Shown here: positions 21,626-30,331 of the stretch, piece by piece
Position numbering within the stretch: position 1 is the stretch's first letter
Layout of the letters: the number at the start of each line of letters is the position of its first letter
IMG/VR virus record: IMGVR_UViG_3300030207_001251
Location: 1 to 37,025 of that record
Strand: one strand, 5' to 3'
DNA: 37,025 nt
Source: a virus
Taxonomy: Duplodnaviria; Caudoviricetes
Notes under the pieces: model-generated
Told to the model about the DNA's origin: nothing
The model's input: the letters and a program-made list of their open reading frames with translations, nothing else
Databases searched by the model: none
Made by a program: the position numbers and the translations under genes

Positions 21626-21722
21626 ATCAACAGTTGCAATACTTGCATACTGTCTATGCCTCATACTTATGGTTATCGTTGGTGAATGTTATAGTGTATA
21701 ATCAAGATAGTGTGGAGGCATT

Positions 21723-22808
21723 ATGTGGAAAAGAATTAAGAAAATAATCAAATCAATATTGAATATCCCTTTTACTATAATTAAAGGTGCAGCAAACTTT
21801 GTTTATGAAATACTGCGTGCATTTAAAAGAATGATAGTTACTATCCTCAAGTCTCCAATTTTACTTTCAATACAAGCCTACAAGAAAGGTCTTATTATCA
21901 GAGACTATGTAATGGCTAAAGTAGATTACCTAGACCAAGAGAGCAAGAAGTGGCACAGGTTCTTTCAAGTTCTGGCAAGCCCATATAATGTCCTTTTAAA
22001 GCTAGGATTTAATCCGGCTATGGCTTCAGGGCTACTAATCGCAGGTGGCACTGTCACAACTGGGGTGGTAGCAAATGAGATAATACAAGAGAGAAGTTTT
22101 GCAAATGGTGATGCAGGTATTTATGCTGCTCCAAGTGAATTTCCAAGCGAGGAACTTGAAAAAGAATTAGCTTGGAGGAAAGATAACCCTGATGACAATA
22201 CGCTTAGAATCGTCCTTGGAACTACACCAGTAGAAGAAATATCTATAACTGATGTAAGTGTAAACTCTTACACAGGAAGCACTTTGCCTAGTGGAAAAGC
22301 TGAGGCTATCTTAATCGAAGGTAAAAATGGGCAGAATGCGAGGCTTGAAATTGGTGAGTTATTGTGGGACAGAAATACTTGCAAGAGCCTTACAGTTTCT
22401 GACGTTAATGCTCATAAAATAGTTATACAAAATAATATTTCGGATGGGCAATCTATTGCACAGACTGCTGGTACTCAAAGAGATTTAAGAATATCAGGTG
22501 GGAATGCAATGGCTAGAGAATTGACTACTTCAGCAGGTACCTATGACCGAATCTGGCTTGATACTGGTAGCTTGACTAGCACCAATGCAAAGATAAATAA
22601 ACTTACTTTATCTAACATAGTCAGTAAATCTGGAACATGCCTGATTAGACAAGCCGACATCGGCTTACTTACCATACAGTATTCCGTAACGGGTCATGAC
22701 CAAAACTTTGCGACCAAAGAATTTACTATTGCAAGCAGTACCAATGCAAGCATATGGGACGTCTCAAATAACCTCGAGGTATTGCTGTTAGAGCCAGCAA
22801 CACAGTAG
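21723..22808 (+). CDS. Putative membrane-anchored protein with beta-solenoid-like C-terminal domain
   Basis: Amphipathic basic N-terminal helices, hydrophobic segment AMASGLLIAGGTVTTGVVA, beta-rich remainder; GGAGG RBS. Confidence 0.6.
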   Translation: MWKRIKKIIKSILNIPFTIIKGAANFVYEILRAFKRMIVTILKSPILLSIQAYKKGLIIRDYVMAKVDYLDQESKKWHRFFQVLASPYNVLLKLGFNPAMASGLLIAGGTVTTGVVANEIIQERSFANGDAGIYAAPSEFPSEELEKELAWRKDNPDDNTLRIVLGTTPVEEISITDVSVNSYTGSTLPSGKAEAILIEGKNGQNARLEIGELLWDRNTCKSLTVSDVNAHKIVIQNNISDGQSIAQTAGTQRDLRISGGNAMARELTTSAGTYDRIWLDTGSLTSTNAKINKLTLSNIVSKSGTCLIRQADIGLLTIQYSVTGHDQNFATKEFTIASSTNASIWDVSNNLEVLLLEPATQ

Positions 22809-22954
22809 TGAAAGACTGCGTTCACGTCTACATACTACCTGAGCCTAGTAAACAACTTGGTTCTGAATACAAAGCAAAGTGTAGTAAGTGTGGTAAACAA
22901 CAGTTACACAGAAACTATCACAGCAGTAATAATATCTGGAAGAGGCGAGGCTAA
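22808..22954 (+). CDS. 48-aa zinc-finger-like protein (CxH...CxxC; not in ORF track)
   Basis: GTG start overlapping the previous stop; ends where the two transcription arms converge. Confidence 0.5.
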   Translation: MKDCVHVYILPEPSKQLGSEYKAKCSKCGKQQLHRNYHSSNNIWKRRG

Positions 22955-23334
22955 AGACTTAACTCTTTGCTTGAGTCAAGACTTTTCTTGATTCGCATCT
23001 CTTCTTTTCTAATATGTTTTGTAAGGTCTAAGAATACATCTAGTTCCATTGTCACTAAATGCACGGCTACTTGTTCGTTCTTTTTATGTGTTTGGCATAC
23101 TACAGGTATCTTTCCGGTAGCATTGGCAGCTTTTCTAGCTTGGTCTACAGCCTTAAGTGTTCTGCTAGACACAACTTTACCTGCCTTGACTTCAAGTGCA
23201 AACTTAATAGTTTCAACATCAGGTACATCACCTGAGTGTCTTCCTGTCACTGGATTTCTTTGTGCATTAACTGCATCACCACCAAAAAACTCAGCCCATC
23301 TTCTCTCCCAGTTTTTCCATACGCTATTCTTCAT
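22951..23334 (-). CDS. Holliday junction resolvase-like PD-(D/E)XK nuclease
   Basis: WERRWA...PDV...LEVK motif spacing. Confidence 0.7.
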   Translation of the reverse strand: MKNSVWKNWERRWAEFFGGDAVNAQRNPVTGRHSGDVPDVETIKFALEVKAGKVVSSRTLKAVDQARKAANATGKIPVVCQTHKKNEQVAVHLVTMELDVFLDLTKHIRKEEMRIKKSLDSSKELSL

Positions 23335-23418
23335 AGTTCCTCCTTGGACAAATAGAATTTTTTTTAAGAATGTCTAATAAATATTATGGACAGTTTGGTT
23401 TGCATGAATTTAGAATGT

Positions 23419-23703
23419 TTAATTCTCAGAATGTATCACAACATTGTCCATAAATACAGGGGTAAGTGGACCAACGTATGAACCGTTCACATTATAATCA
23501 AAGTATTCCATGGCTTCATCGTGAGTCATACCATCTCTATCTACTAATACTTGTAAACACCTCTGTTTGTCGTATACAGCGATTGTTTTGTTGAATTGGT
23601 ACCCAACGCCTATGAAAGCCTCATCAAACCCGTCAGCGAGCATTATTTCAATGTCAGGGTTATCTCTCAAAAGAGTTTGATTTAGTGTTAGTGGTCTATC
23701 CAT
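23419..23703 (-). CDS. Conserved phage hypothetical protein
   Basis: ADGFDEAFIG...AVYD...EAMEYFDYNV.G.Y.G..TP pattern. Confidence 0.7.
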   Translation of the reverse strand: MDRPLTLNQTLLRDNPDIEIMLADGFDEAFIGVGYQFNKTIAVYDKQRCLQVLVDRDGMTHDEAMEYFDYNVNGSYVGPLTPVFMDNVVIHSEN

Positions 23704-23851
23704 CTGGGGATTCTAAAACTTTCATACCTAGGGCTATAATTCCTCCTGTACATCCCGTGGCTATCTCTGTATAGCCTTGCCACACACCAACAGCACTTAA
23801 TATACCTAAGACGATAATCGCTAAAAAAATCTGGGGTCTAAGTTTGCCCAT
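23696..23851 (-). CDS. 51-aa membrane protein with two hydrophobic segments (holin-like?; not in ORF track)
   Basis: MGKLRPQIFLAIIVLGILSAVGVWQGYTEIATGCTGGIIALGMKVLESPDG; AGGAG RBS; overlaps both neighbours. Confidence 0.6.
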   Translation of the reverse strand: MGKLRPQIFLAIIVLGILSAVGVWQGYTEIATGCTGGIIALGMKVLESPDG

Positions 23852-24270
23852 CATTTTAAACTCCTACACTTGTTTACCATTGCTAAGAATACTTCTTTGA
23901 CCTCTAATAATACACCATAACTTCTTTTACCGTTAGTATCGGTGTCACCCATGGGTACTCTTTCTTTGTTCCATGTAAGTTCTTGAAGTATCTGTGTTGG
24001 TATTATCATGGCACCAAACTTGTTGCCTTTACTATCAGCAAAGACATGGACTTGGTAGTCTGCTTCAGTAACATTTAGCCCTGTACTTTGACCTCTACGT
24101 TCATCGTATAGTTCCACAGCAATTTTCTTTGTGCGAGACCATATATCACGCTCAGTCTTTATCTCAACTAAGCGTCCAAAAAGTTGAGAGAACCAATGTT
24201 CCGACTCCTGACCAAACTCCAAGTCATGCCTAAAATCATAGTTTTGTTTAGAGTTACTTTCCAAACTCAC
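23851..24270 (-). CDS. PD-(D/E)XK-like nuclease-fold protein
   Basis: VEIKTE...IAVE...STGLNVTEADY pattern. Confidence 0.6.
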   Translation of the reverse strand: MSLESNSKQNYDFRHDLEFGQESEHWFSQLFGRLVEIKTERDIWSRTKKIAVELYDERRGQSTGLNVTEADYQVHVFADSKGNKFGAMIIPTQILQELTWNKERVPMGDTDTNGKRSYGVLLEVKEVFLAMVNKCRSLK

Positions 24271-25006
24271 ATATCTCCCAGAATGAACACCACTTCTGTG
24301 TGCAAGCCCAACTACCTTCTGGTGCAGGCATAAACACTTGATTGTTTATTCCAGATTTAACGTGTTCAATACGTTTGTTAACTCTGTCTTTGTGGTCTTG
24401 TGTCACCTCGGCGTGATGGTAGAAAGTCTTTGGTGTGTCCAAGTCTTGAACCACAGCCATTCCAACCTTGTCTACGTTAGCCATGTCTGCATACTTTACA
24501 AGTTGCACATCCCTAGTCAGGTCAGGTGTCACGTTTCGTTTCTTGACTTTGTTGTCGACAATAACGCCATCGACAGTGATAAAGTCAGCAAAGCCTTTGA
24601 ACTCTTCACCATCGTTATCAACTTGCACAAGTTCTACTTGCACTTCTTTAGCCTTGAACTTATCACCAAAGTCTTTGTGGTAAGTTGCAGCAAGTTTAGA
24701 TGTTCTATCCTTGCTCTTGTCTTTTGTAATGTCATCCTTCTCCCAATCAAACGTGTCGCTGTCCTGTTCTTTTTGATGAACATCAACAGCAAAGTCTACG
24801 AATTGACTTTGAGTTAGACCATTGTTTGTCTGTGCCTGCAGAGAGAAATGTTCGTTGGCAGCATTGTCAACGCTTGTCCCTCTGAGTACAGCACTACCCA
24901 TCTTCTCAGGGATACCTTCGACATACCTGAAGTAGTATTGCATACCACAAGTCATGTACTTTCGTATCTGAGATACAGATAGATAGCTTCTAATCGTACC
25001 TTTCAT
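24254..25006 (-). CDS. RecB/Cas4-like PD-(D/E)XK exonuclease
   Basis: LSVSQI..Y..C, GFAD, IVDNK, QLVKY and C-terminal C...C.....C (1+3 Cys, Fe-S type). Confidence 0.8.
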   Translation of the reverse strand: MKGTIRSYLSVSQIRKYMTCGMQYYFRYVEGIPEKMGSAVLRGTSVDNAANEHFSLQAQTNNGLTQSQFVDFAVDVHQKEQDSDTFDWEKDDITKDKSKDRTSKLAATYHKDFGDKFKAKEVQVELVQVDNDGEEFKGFADFITVDGVIVDNKVKKRNVTPDLTRDVQLVKYADMANVDKVGMAVVQDLDTPKTFYHHAEVTQDHKDRVNKRIEHVKSGINNQVFMPAPEGSWACTQKWCSFWEICEFGK

Positions 25007-25018
25007 GTAACCTCCTAA

Positions 25019-25312
25019 TCACACAATGTTTAGTTTATTTATTTGTTCTACACAGTAATCACAAGTCATTGGTTGTTCCCATTTGCATTTGCCTTTGGGT
25101 CCCCAAATACAACCTTTCATACCATGTAAATTCCTCAACCACTCTTCCATGTGTTCAAGCATTGTCATTTTTTCCCAGAATTTTTCCCAGCGTTCTTCAT
25201 CCTCGACAATTTCATCTTGAAAATATAATTGTTTGAACTCATCTGTGCACCATGCAAGACCAGCTTTTAACTGACCCATTGATTTCTCTTTGTCTGTAAA
25301 GTCTACTCCCAT
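25019..25312 (-). CDS. Hypothetical Cys-rich protein
   Basis: 97 aa, four C-terminal Cys. Confidence 0.6.
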   Translation of the reverse strand: MGVDFTDKEKSMGQLKAGLAWCTDEFKQLYFQDEIVEDEERWEKFWEKMTMLEHMEEWLRNLHGMKGCIWGPKGKCKWEQPMTCDYCVEQINKLNIV

Positions 25313-26325
25313 GGTAGTTCATCCCTCTTCTCTTGCCTCATGCTCTCAGTCTCACCAAGAACTACAAGCGTGCTCACCATCACATCTTTGAATCTATCTA
25401 CCACAGCAAAGTCAAACACTTGCTCCAGTTCATCCAAAGAAAAGTTAGATGTAATCATAGTCCTCATTCTTCTTGAGTACCTGTAATCTAATATCTCATA
25501 AAACAGAGACCTGACATAGTCAGTTGAGTATTCTCTGCCCAAGTCATCAATGATTAGATGCTTTACATTCTTAAGATGGTTTACATACTCATCATACTTA
25601 TCGGTGTCCATGTAGGACTTTACCTTTGATGCGAGTTCTGCTGATGTCATGTAGACAACCATTTCTTTTCTACCAATTATCCAAGAAACAGATGCTTTGG
25701 CAAGATGAGTCTTACCCACACCAACATTACCAAGCATAATTAGCCATGGACTTTTATGTCCACTTGCCCACTCAAATGCAGATTCTTTTGCAATCTTGCA
25801 CTCATCAGTCCTGAGTTCATAGTTATTAAACCTTTGGAACGTTGTCTCGCCTAGACCAGATACTTCCCAAAGATACTTACCGTAATCGGTCTTGTTAGAT
25901 TTACATACACAAGCAAACGCTTTACCAAAGTTTGGGTCACCAACAGGATAAGTTCCTGACAGCCAACCAGTCCCACCACATACACATACTGATGGTGACT
26001 TGAATGCTTTACCTGCATTAGCCTTTGCTCTTTCGTTATAGTCTTGGACATTCTTAACGTGTCTATCTGTAACTAAAATATCAAGTTGAGTTCTCACACT
26101 CTTTGGTAATCTCTTCCAAGGGATAGCAGGATACCCTGCCTCAACTGCTTCATTTGGTGTTAGATTTCCCGGAATGCAGGTCTCTATCAATTCCTCAGTA
26201 AATGCTTTGACTTCTTCTGGCGAGGTCATTGAGTTTGGAATCTTTAAACTTGTTCCCCGAACTATCGCTGAGTCTTCTTCCTCTTTGAGTCTTTTGACCA
26301 GTTGGTCGTATTTCATTTCTTTCAT
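25303..26325 (-). CDS. DnaC/IstB-like AAA+ helicase loader
   Basis: Zn motif CVCGGTGW..CVC, Walker A GNVGVGKT, Walker B IIDDLG, ITSN, VVDRF. Confidence 0.88.
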   Translation of the reverse strand: MKEMKYDQLVKRLKEEEDSAIVRGTSLKIPNSMTSPEEVKAFTEELIETCIPGNLTPNEAVEAGYPAIPWKRLPKSVRTQLDILVTDRHVKNVQDYNERAKANAGKAFKSPSVCVCGGTGWLSGTYPVGDPNFGKAFACVCKSNKTDYGKYLWEVSGLGETTFQRFNNYELRTDECKIAKESAFEWASGHKSPWLIMLGNVGVGKTHLAKASVSWIIGRKEMVVYMTSAELASKVKSYMDTDKYDEYVNHLKNVKHLIIDDLGREYSTDYVRSLFYEILDYRYSRRMRTMITSNFSLDELEQVFDFAVVDRFKDVMVSTLVVLGETESMRQEKRDELPWE

Positions 26326-26773
26326 ATTCTTTTGCCTTTCTTAGCCATGTCCTCAACCTCAAGTATGGGACAAATGTTTTTGGTTTTTTAGCCACCTCCC
26401 AGTAAGAACAAAACTCCTCAACAATATATTCTATGTTCTTATTTTTAAATTCGTCTTTGACAAATTGTATCTGTCTCTCTGTTAGATACTTAGTATCTTT
26501 AGTAACAAGTAACTTGTTACAGAAACTGTTGAATCTGTCTATCCATGTCTCTTCTGTCACCCTTTTGTCACCCTTTTTGTCACCCTTTATTTCATACACT
26601 TGAATGTTACCTCTTCCTGTTTTATTGCTTATTCTATCAACTAACCCATCAGCCATCATCACCTTTAACTTTCTTTGTACTGACCTCTTTGAGACACCGA
26701 CTGCATCTGAGATACCTGCAATAGATATCTCAGACTTGTCTTTAAGTATTGTTATGATTTTCTTTTCAATCAT
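26195..26773 (-). CDS. Replication initiator (N-terminal winged HTH)
   Basis: HTH SIAGISDAVGVSKRSVQRKL, internal iterons, C-terminal F..YW...LRTWLR; adjacent to the DnaC-like gene. Confidence 0.75.
   Translation of the reverse strand: MIEKKIITILKDKSEISIAGISDAVGVSKRSVQRKLKVMMADGLVDRISNKTGRGNIQVYEIKGDKKGDKRVTEETWIDRFNSFCNKLLVTKDTKYLTERQIQFVKDEFKNKNIEYIVEEFCSYWEVAKKPKTFVPYLRLRTWLRKAKEYERNEIRPTGQKTQRGRRLSDSSGNKFKDSKLNDLARRSQSIY
26555..26588. repeat. Three iteron-like direct repeats TGTCACCCTTT (putative origin)
   Basis: Copies at 26555, 26566 and 26578 inside the initiator gene, as in lambdoid origins. Confidence 0.65.
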
Positions 26774-26967
26774 AACTTTGCTTGTGTTGTCTTGACTTCA
26801 TCGACTTCAATGACTTCAATGAAATCAGATGTGCTTCTGTGCTGTGCATTGTCATCAATCTCGCTATGCGACATATCTTTAACTTTTTGTTCAGCTTCTT
26901 CTTTTGAATCTGCATCAACTTCAATAATTGCATAACTCATCTGACTTATGTTTACGTTGTATAACAC
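26770..26967 (-). CDS. Small hypothetical protein (IEVDADSKEEAEQKV motif)
   Basis: 65 aa, AGGAG RBS. Confidence 0.65.
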   Translation of the reverse strand: MLYNVNISQMSYAIIEVDADSKEEAEQKVKDMSHSEIDDNAQHRSTSDFIEVIEVDEVKTTQAKL

Positions 26968-26983
26968 GTTTTGCTCCTTTCTA

Positions 26984-27286
26984 TTAATCGTTTATTTCTT
27001 CAAGCATATCTTCGACAATACTTTTTATGTCAGCTTGTTCATCTTGCATTGCATCTAAAGCAGATTGCAAGCGTTCCTCGCCCCACATATTATCGAGAGA
27101 CTCAACTGCATCTCTTACTTTTTCAATTTCAGTTTCGGGTATTTCGTTATGATTTAACGCCTTACTGTACTTGATAGCAAAATCTACAATCACTTTCATC
27201 TCTTTTAAAAATGTTTGAATGTTGTTCACGTTTAACTCCTTTCTACGATTGGTTTTTAATTTGTTTAAAATCATCAATGTCTGCAC
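26984..27286 (-). CDS. Hypothetical protein (true start probably the GTG near 27229)
   Basis: AAGGAG RBS lies just before VNNIQTF. Confidence 0.6.
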   Translation of the reverse strand: MQTLMILNKLKTNRRKELNVNNIQTFLKEMKVIVDFAIKYSKALNHNEIPETEIEKVRDAVESLDNMWGEERLQSALDAMQDEQADIKSIVEDMLEEIND

Positions 27287-27422
27287 CAGTCACATTGTCT
27301 TCCTCACCAATTATTTTATCTAACCTTGAGGCTACTTTCTCTATTGCATCAGCATCATCTTCAGCCTCAACAATAATTGTCCTTTGCTTAGTTACATTAA
27401 CTGTAAAATTATATCCTTTCAT
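27243..27422 (-). CDS. 59-aa hypothetical protein (not in ORF track)
   Basis: MKGYNFTVNVTKQRTIIVEAEDDADAIEKV...; similar in pattern to 26770-26967. Confidence 0.6.
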   Translation of the reverse strand: MKGYNFTVNVTKQRTIIVEAEDDADAIEKVASRLDKIIGEEDNVTGADIDDFKQIKNQS

Positions 27423-27569
27423 TATCTTGTCTTCCTTTCTAACGAGGGGCAGGGAAATTTCCCAACCCCTCAGTTACTTAGTAAACGGACACAGGAATAA
27501 GGCTGTTAACTGTATCTCTACCGGAGAGTTACCTTATCGTTTTCTTGGAGGAACCTGTGCCCGATTAAA

Positions 27570-27782
27570 TTAATTAATTGGTTGTAGGTTTTCGATAGAG
27601 CCGGCATCTTCAAGTCTACTCATGAAGTCATCGATAGACTCCTTAGTAATCTTGATGTGAGTACCGACCTTGATTGACTTTATCTTGTTTTCTTTTATCA
27701 AGTCGTAAAGTCTGTTTCTACCTATACCCATTAGTTCTTTAGCCTCGAGGACTGTGTAAAGCATTTTATCCATTGTCTTCAC
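27570..27782 (-). CDS. Excisionase-like HTH DNA-binding protein
   Basis: LYTVLEAKELMGIGRNRLYDLIKENKIKSIKVG...I..ESIDDF. Confidence 0.8.
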   Translation of the reverse strand: MKTMDKMLYTVLEAKELMGIGRNRLYDLIKENKIKSIKVGTHIKITKESIDDFMSRLEDAGSIENLQPIN

Positions 27783-28314
27783 TCAATTCTCCAAGTAGTT
27801 CCTCAGCACCTAATACTGCTTTCCTAACTACTCTGGCTGCAGTTTCACTCTTCATGAAACCTGCTGATACTAATCCCTCACAGTGAGGTGCTAGTTCAAT
27901 CAGGGCTTTCACAGCAACCTGTCTTTCAATAGACCTGTTCCTGCCATCCACACTGCCACCTGATGAGGCAACAGGTACGGATACTTTTTCAGTAGATTCT
28001 ACTGCTTCTGCACCGTCAACTGGTTCCCATGACTGAATGTCATAGTAAAGTGTTCCTGTTCCACTTTGATTTATGGAAAGAACAGCAATACCTTTGGCTC
28101 CTACTGACAGTGCGTGAGGTGGGTTCCAGAACCCATTGACCTCTTCAAGAATTACTTGATTGAAGTTTCTGTCTCTAACAGGATATTTACCCTGCATCTT
28201 TACAGTTACCTCAACTGGTAAGTAAGTTGCCCGTTGTCCTTTCATCTCAGATACTGACAATTCAATAGTGTCATTCTCGTGAGCGTAAGGGTTGGACAAA
28301 TTTTCAGTTGTCAT
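27766..28314 (-). CDS. Hypothetical protein, possibly ssDNA-binding
   Basis: Beta-rich N-terminal domain, linker, RSIERQVAVK helix, acidic tail; function is a guess. Confidence 0.5.
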   Translation of the reverse strand: MTTENLSNPYAHENDTIELSVSEMKGQRATYLPVEVTVKMQGKYPVRDRNFNQVILEEVNGFWNPPHALSVGAKGIAVLSINQSGTGTLYYDIQSWEPVDGAEAVESTEKVSVPVASSGGSVDGRNRSIERQVAVKALIELAPHCEGLVSAGFMKSETAARVVRKAVLGAEELLGELSEDNG

Positions 28315-28339
28315 ATTAACTCCTTTAACTGATTATTAT

Positions 28340-28350
28340 TTACTAAAACG
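28340..28350 (-). repeat. Early-arm motif site 13 (CGUU^UUAGUAA)
   Basis: TTACTAAAACG on +; upstream of the AAGGAG RBS; no clear hairpin before it. Confidence 0.85.
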
Positions 28351-28365
28351 TTTTTTACTATACTC

Positions 28366-28590
28366 TTATTTACCATTCACTGCAACATCAAAATTATTTG
28401 TTTTGAGAATGCCGATGATTGGTATGTAGAAATCAGGGTTCACAATGATTGGTGAGTTGTGAATATCATTGGGGTCCTTGTATGCCCACTGTTTCTTATC
28501 AATGTTCTTGGCTATAAAACTTCTTGCCTCTGGGTTCTGTGATACCAGAGTTACAATCTCCTGTGTTTTATAAATAAATACTTGTTTCAT
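28366..28590 (-). CDS. Hypothetical protein
   Basis: 74 aa, GGGAG RBS. Confidence 0.6.
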   Translation of the reverse strand: MKQVFIYKTQEIVTLVSQNPEARSFIAKNIDKKQWAYKDPNDIHNSPIIVNPDFYIPIIGILKTNNFDVAVNGK

Positions 28591-28601
28591 AATTGCTCCC
28601 T

Positions 28602-28635
28602 AAAAAGACACGGTGACCCTGTTACAGGTCACCGT
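28602..28635 (-). terminator. Hairpin, possible intrinsic terminator
   Basis: ACGGTGACC...GGTCACCGT followed on - by GTCTTTTT. Confidence 0.5.
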
Positions 28636-28698
28636 TTTGCAAAAGTTCTAATAATGCAATGTCTTGGTTGAGGTTGACTAGAAAGTCACAAATTCATA

Positions 28699-28878
28699 TT
28701 ATTCTTTGAACTCGTCTACGTCAATACCAAACTCAGCAGCTTTCTCAATGAGGTCTTCTTCACCCCATCCTGTTAGCCCTTGCATTACGAGCATTTCTGT
28801 ATCCTCGTAACTTTCAAAACCTTTGTCACTAATTGCAGTAGTGATTGCTTCTGCTAAGCCTAATTTATCGATTGTCAT
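28699..28878 (-). CDS. Hypothetical acidic protein
   Basis: Start reassigned to the ATG after AGGAGG (MTIDKLG...). Confidence 0.65.
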   Translation of the reverse strand: MTIDKLGLAEAITTAISDKGFESYEDTEMLVMQGLTGWGEEDLIEKAAEFGIDVDEFKE

Positions 28879-28894
28879 TAAGCCTCCTTTGTTG

Positions 28895-28905
28895 TTACTA
28901 ATACG
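28895..28905 (-). repeat. Early-arm motif site 12 (CGUA^UUAGUAA)
   Basis: TTACTAATACG on +; between hairpins and the AGGAGG RBS. Confidence 0.85.
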
Positions 28906-29078
28906 TTTCATTCCCTATTCCCACCCTAGGAACGGGAATGGGAATGGAATGGTGTTCCTTGTTCCATCCCTAGGGTCAGGAACAGGAACAGCATACGTTG
29001 AAGTTCCAAGTTCTGATACTAGTCAGAGAACTCAGAACTTCATAGGTTTTTATAGAAGAGGGCATAGTTGATAGTTAT

Positions 29079-30281
29079 TTAGTTAAGTCTGAAACCACAC
29101 TTTGGGCATGACTGCACTATGTTTGGTTCAGATTGTGGCGTAATTTGTGGTGGCACAAAGTTTCCATAAGCAACGTTAGTTGATTGAGCAATATTATTAT
29201 CAGTCAATCTTTTAAGAGTTGCTTGGTCGTAAGTGCCTCGTTGAACAATGTCGTTGCCATCCATCTGTGCTTGTATGTTTGCACTTGTGTTAGATGAATA
29301 CAACATTGAGTTAGGTCTAACCGTATTGTGTATCTTGGAAAGAGCACTTACATCCTTGATGTAGGACATACTTTCTTTCTCAAAATTAGCACCTTGGTCT
29401 TCCTCATCAACAAGCATTACACCATCCAATGCAGATGCCTCGTTGACTAGACCAATCAATTTCATGATGTAGTTTCTAGCCACCAAGTCTCTGCTCATGG
29501 ACAAAGGTATCTTCTGATGAACATTCAAAGAATACTTGAATTGAGTATCTTCAAGAGTCATCACTGGAATACCTAGTTCATAAAGCCATGGTGTTTCTGC
29601 TTCAAAGATTTCCACCTTTGTTTTCCTTTGTAGGTTTTTCATTGCGTTGATGCCATCAATCTCTTGCAAGACTGGAGTTGGCATTGTTACTTCAACACCG
29701 TGCTTTGACTGAGGTCTTGGAATAATCTCATTATTGACGACATAATTTATGCCTTCTGGTGGGATTACATTCCTCAGCATTTCCACAGCAGTTTCAAAGT
29801 CTCCCTTTACCATAGGTAATACAGCCTCAACCGTTGTGCCTTGGTGGTAGTTAGGGTCTTTGTGTTTAATCGTATTCCTCACACCATCTTTGAAACTAAC
29901 GGTGTAATTTCTAGTCTTAATCACAGCTTCCTTTGAAACAGCAATGAGTTGTTTCTCACCTGCATTGAACCTACCTGCAACAGTAGGGTCGTTTCTCTTT
30001 TCAGTAGTCCTGAAGAGAGTATAGATGTCGGTTGGGTCTTTGAAACCACCTCCGTCATCTTGCACCTTAAGTTGTGCAGGTCTGTTGCCATCCTTTGTAA
30101 GTTCTACAATACAAGAGGTTGGCGTAACAGCACCTTCAACGTAGCCCAAGAATTCATCGAACACATTGGTCACTAGTTCAACTGCGTGTCTCCATGCAGG
30201 GACAGAACCAAATAGTTCTTTGAGTCCTTTGATGTCTACTTCAAATGCAGATTTAATTCTGCTTACAACTTTCTTAGTCAT
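29079..30281 (-). CDS. GHKL (HATPase_c) ATPase with C-terminal CxxC
   Basis: ELVTNVFD (N box), DDGGGF (G1), GRFNAGEK (G2), GTTV; start moved to the ATG after AGGAGG. Confidence 0.8.
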   Translation of the reverse strand: MTKKVVSRIKSAFEVDIKGLKELFGSVPAWRHAVELVTNVFDEFLGYVEGAVTPTSCIVELTKDGNRPAQLKVQDDGGGFKDPTDIYTLFRTTEKRNDPTVAGRFNAGEKQLIAVSKEAVIKTRNYTVSFKDGVRNTIKHKDPNYHQGTTVEAVLPMVKGDFETAVEMLRNVIPPEGINYVVNNEIIPRPQSKHGVEVTMPTPVLQEIDGINAMKNLQRKTKVEIFEAETPWLYELGIPVMTLEDTQFKYSLNVHQKIPLSMSRDLVARNYIMKLIGLVNEASALDGVMLVDEEDQGANFEKESMSYIKDVSALSKIHNTVRPNSMLYSSNTSANIQAQMDGNDIVQRGTYDQATLKRLTDNNIAQSTNVAYGNFVPPQITPQSEPNIVQSCPKCGFRLN

Positions 30282-30304
30282 AATTTCCTCCTTAATTATG
30301 CCCT

Positions 30305-30315
30305 CTACTAAAACG
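30305..30315 (-). repeat. Early-arm motif site 11 (UAUCGUU^UUAGUAG)
   Basis: CTACTAAAACG on +; preceded on - by hairpin GAGCAGGAG-UAACU-CUCCUGCUC. Confidence 0.85.
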
Positions 30316-30331
30316 ATATTGAGCAGGAGAG

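Noticed and set aside
23541-23551. AGUA^UUAGUAG inside ORF 23419-23703 as a 14th target
   Set aside because: Only 2 bp of stem III possible, lies within coding sequence, no hairpin or RBS context.
24254-25006. Cas4-like gene as evidence of CRISPR-Cas
   Set aside because: Solo RecB/Cas4-like exonucleases are common in phage replication modules; there is no array.
27443-27490. CGUUUACUAAGUAA plus hairpin as a target site or second ribozyme
   Set aside because: Stem I register is broken, the hairpin is on the wrong side, and CUGAGGG is not a hammerhead core.
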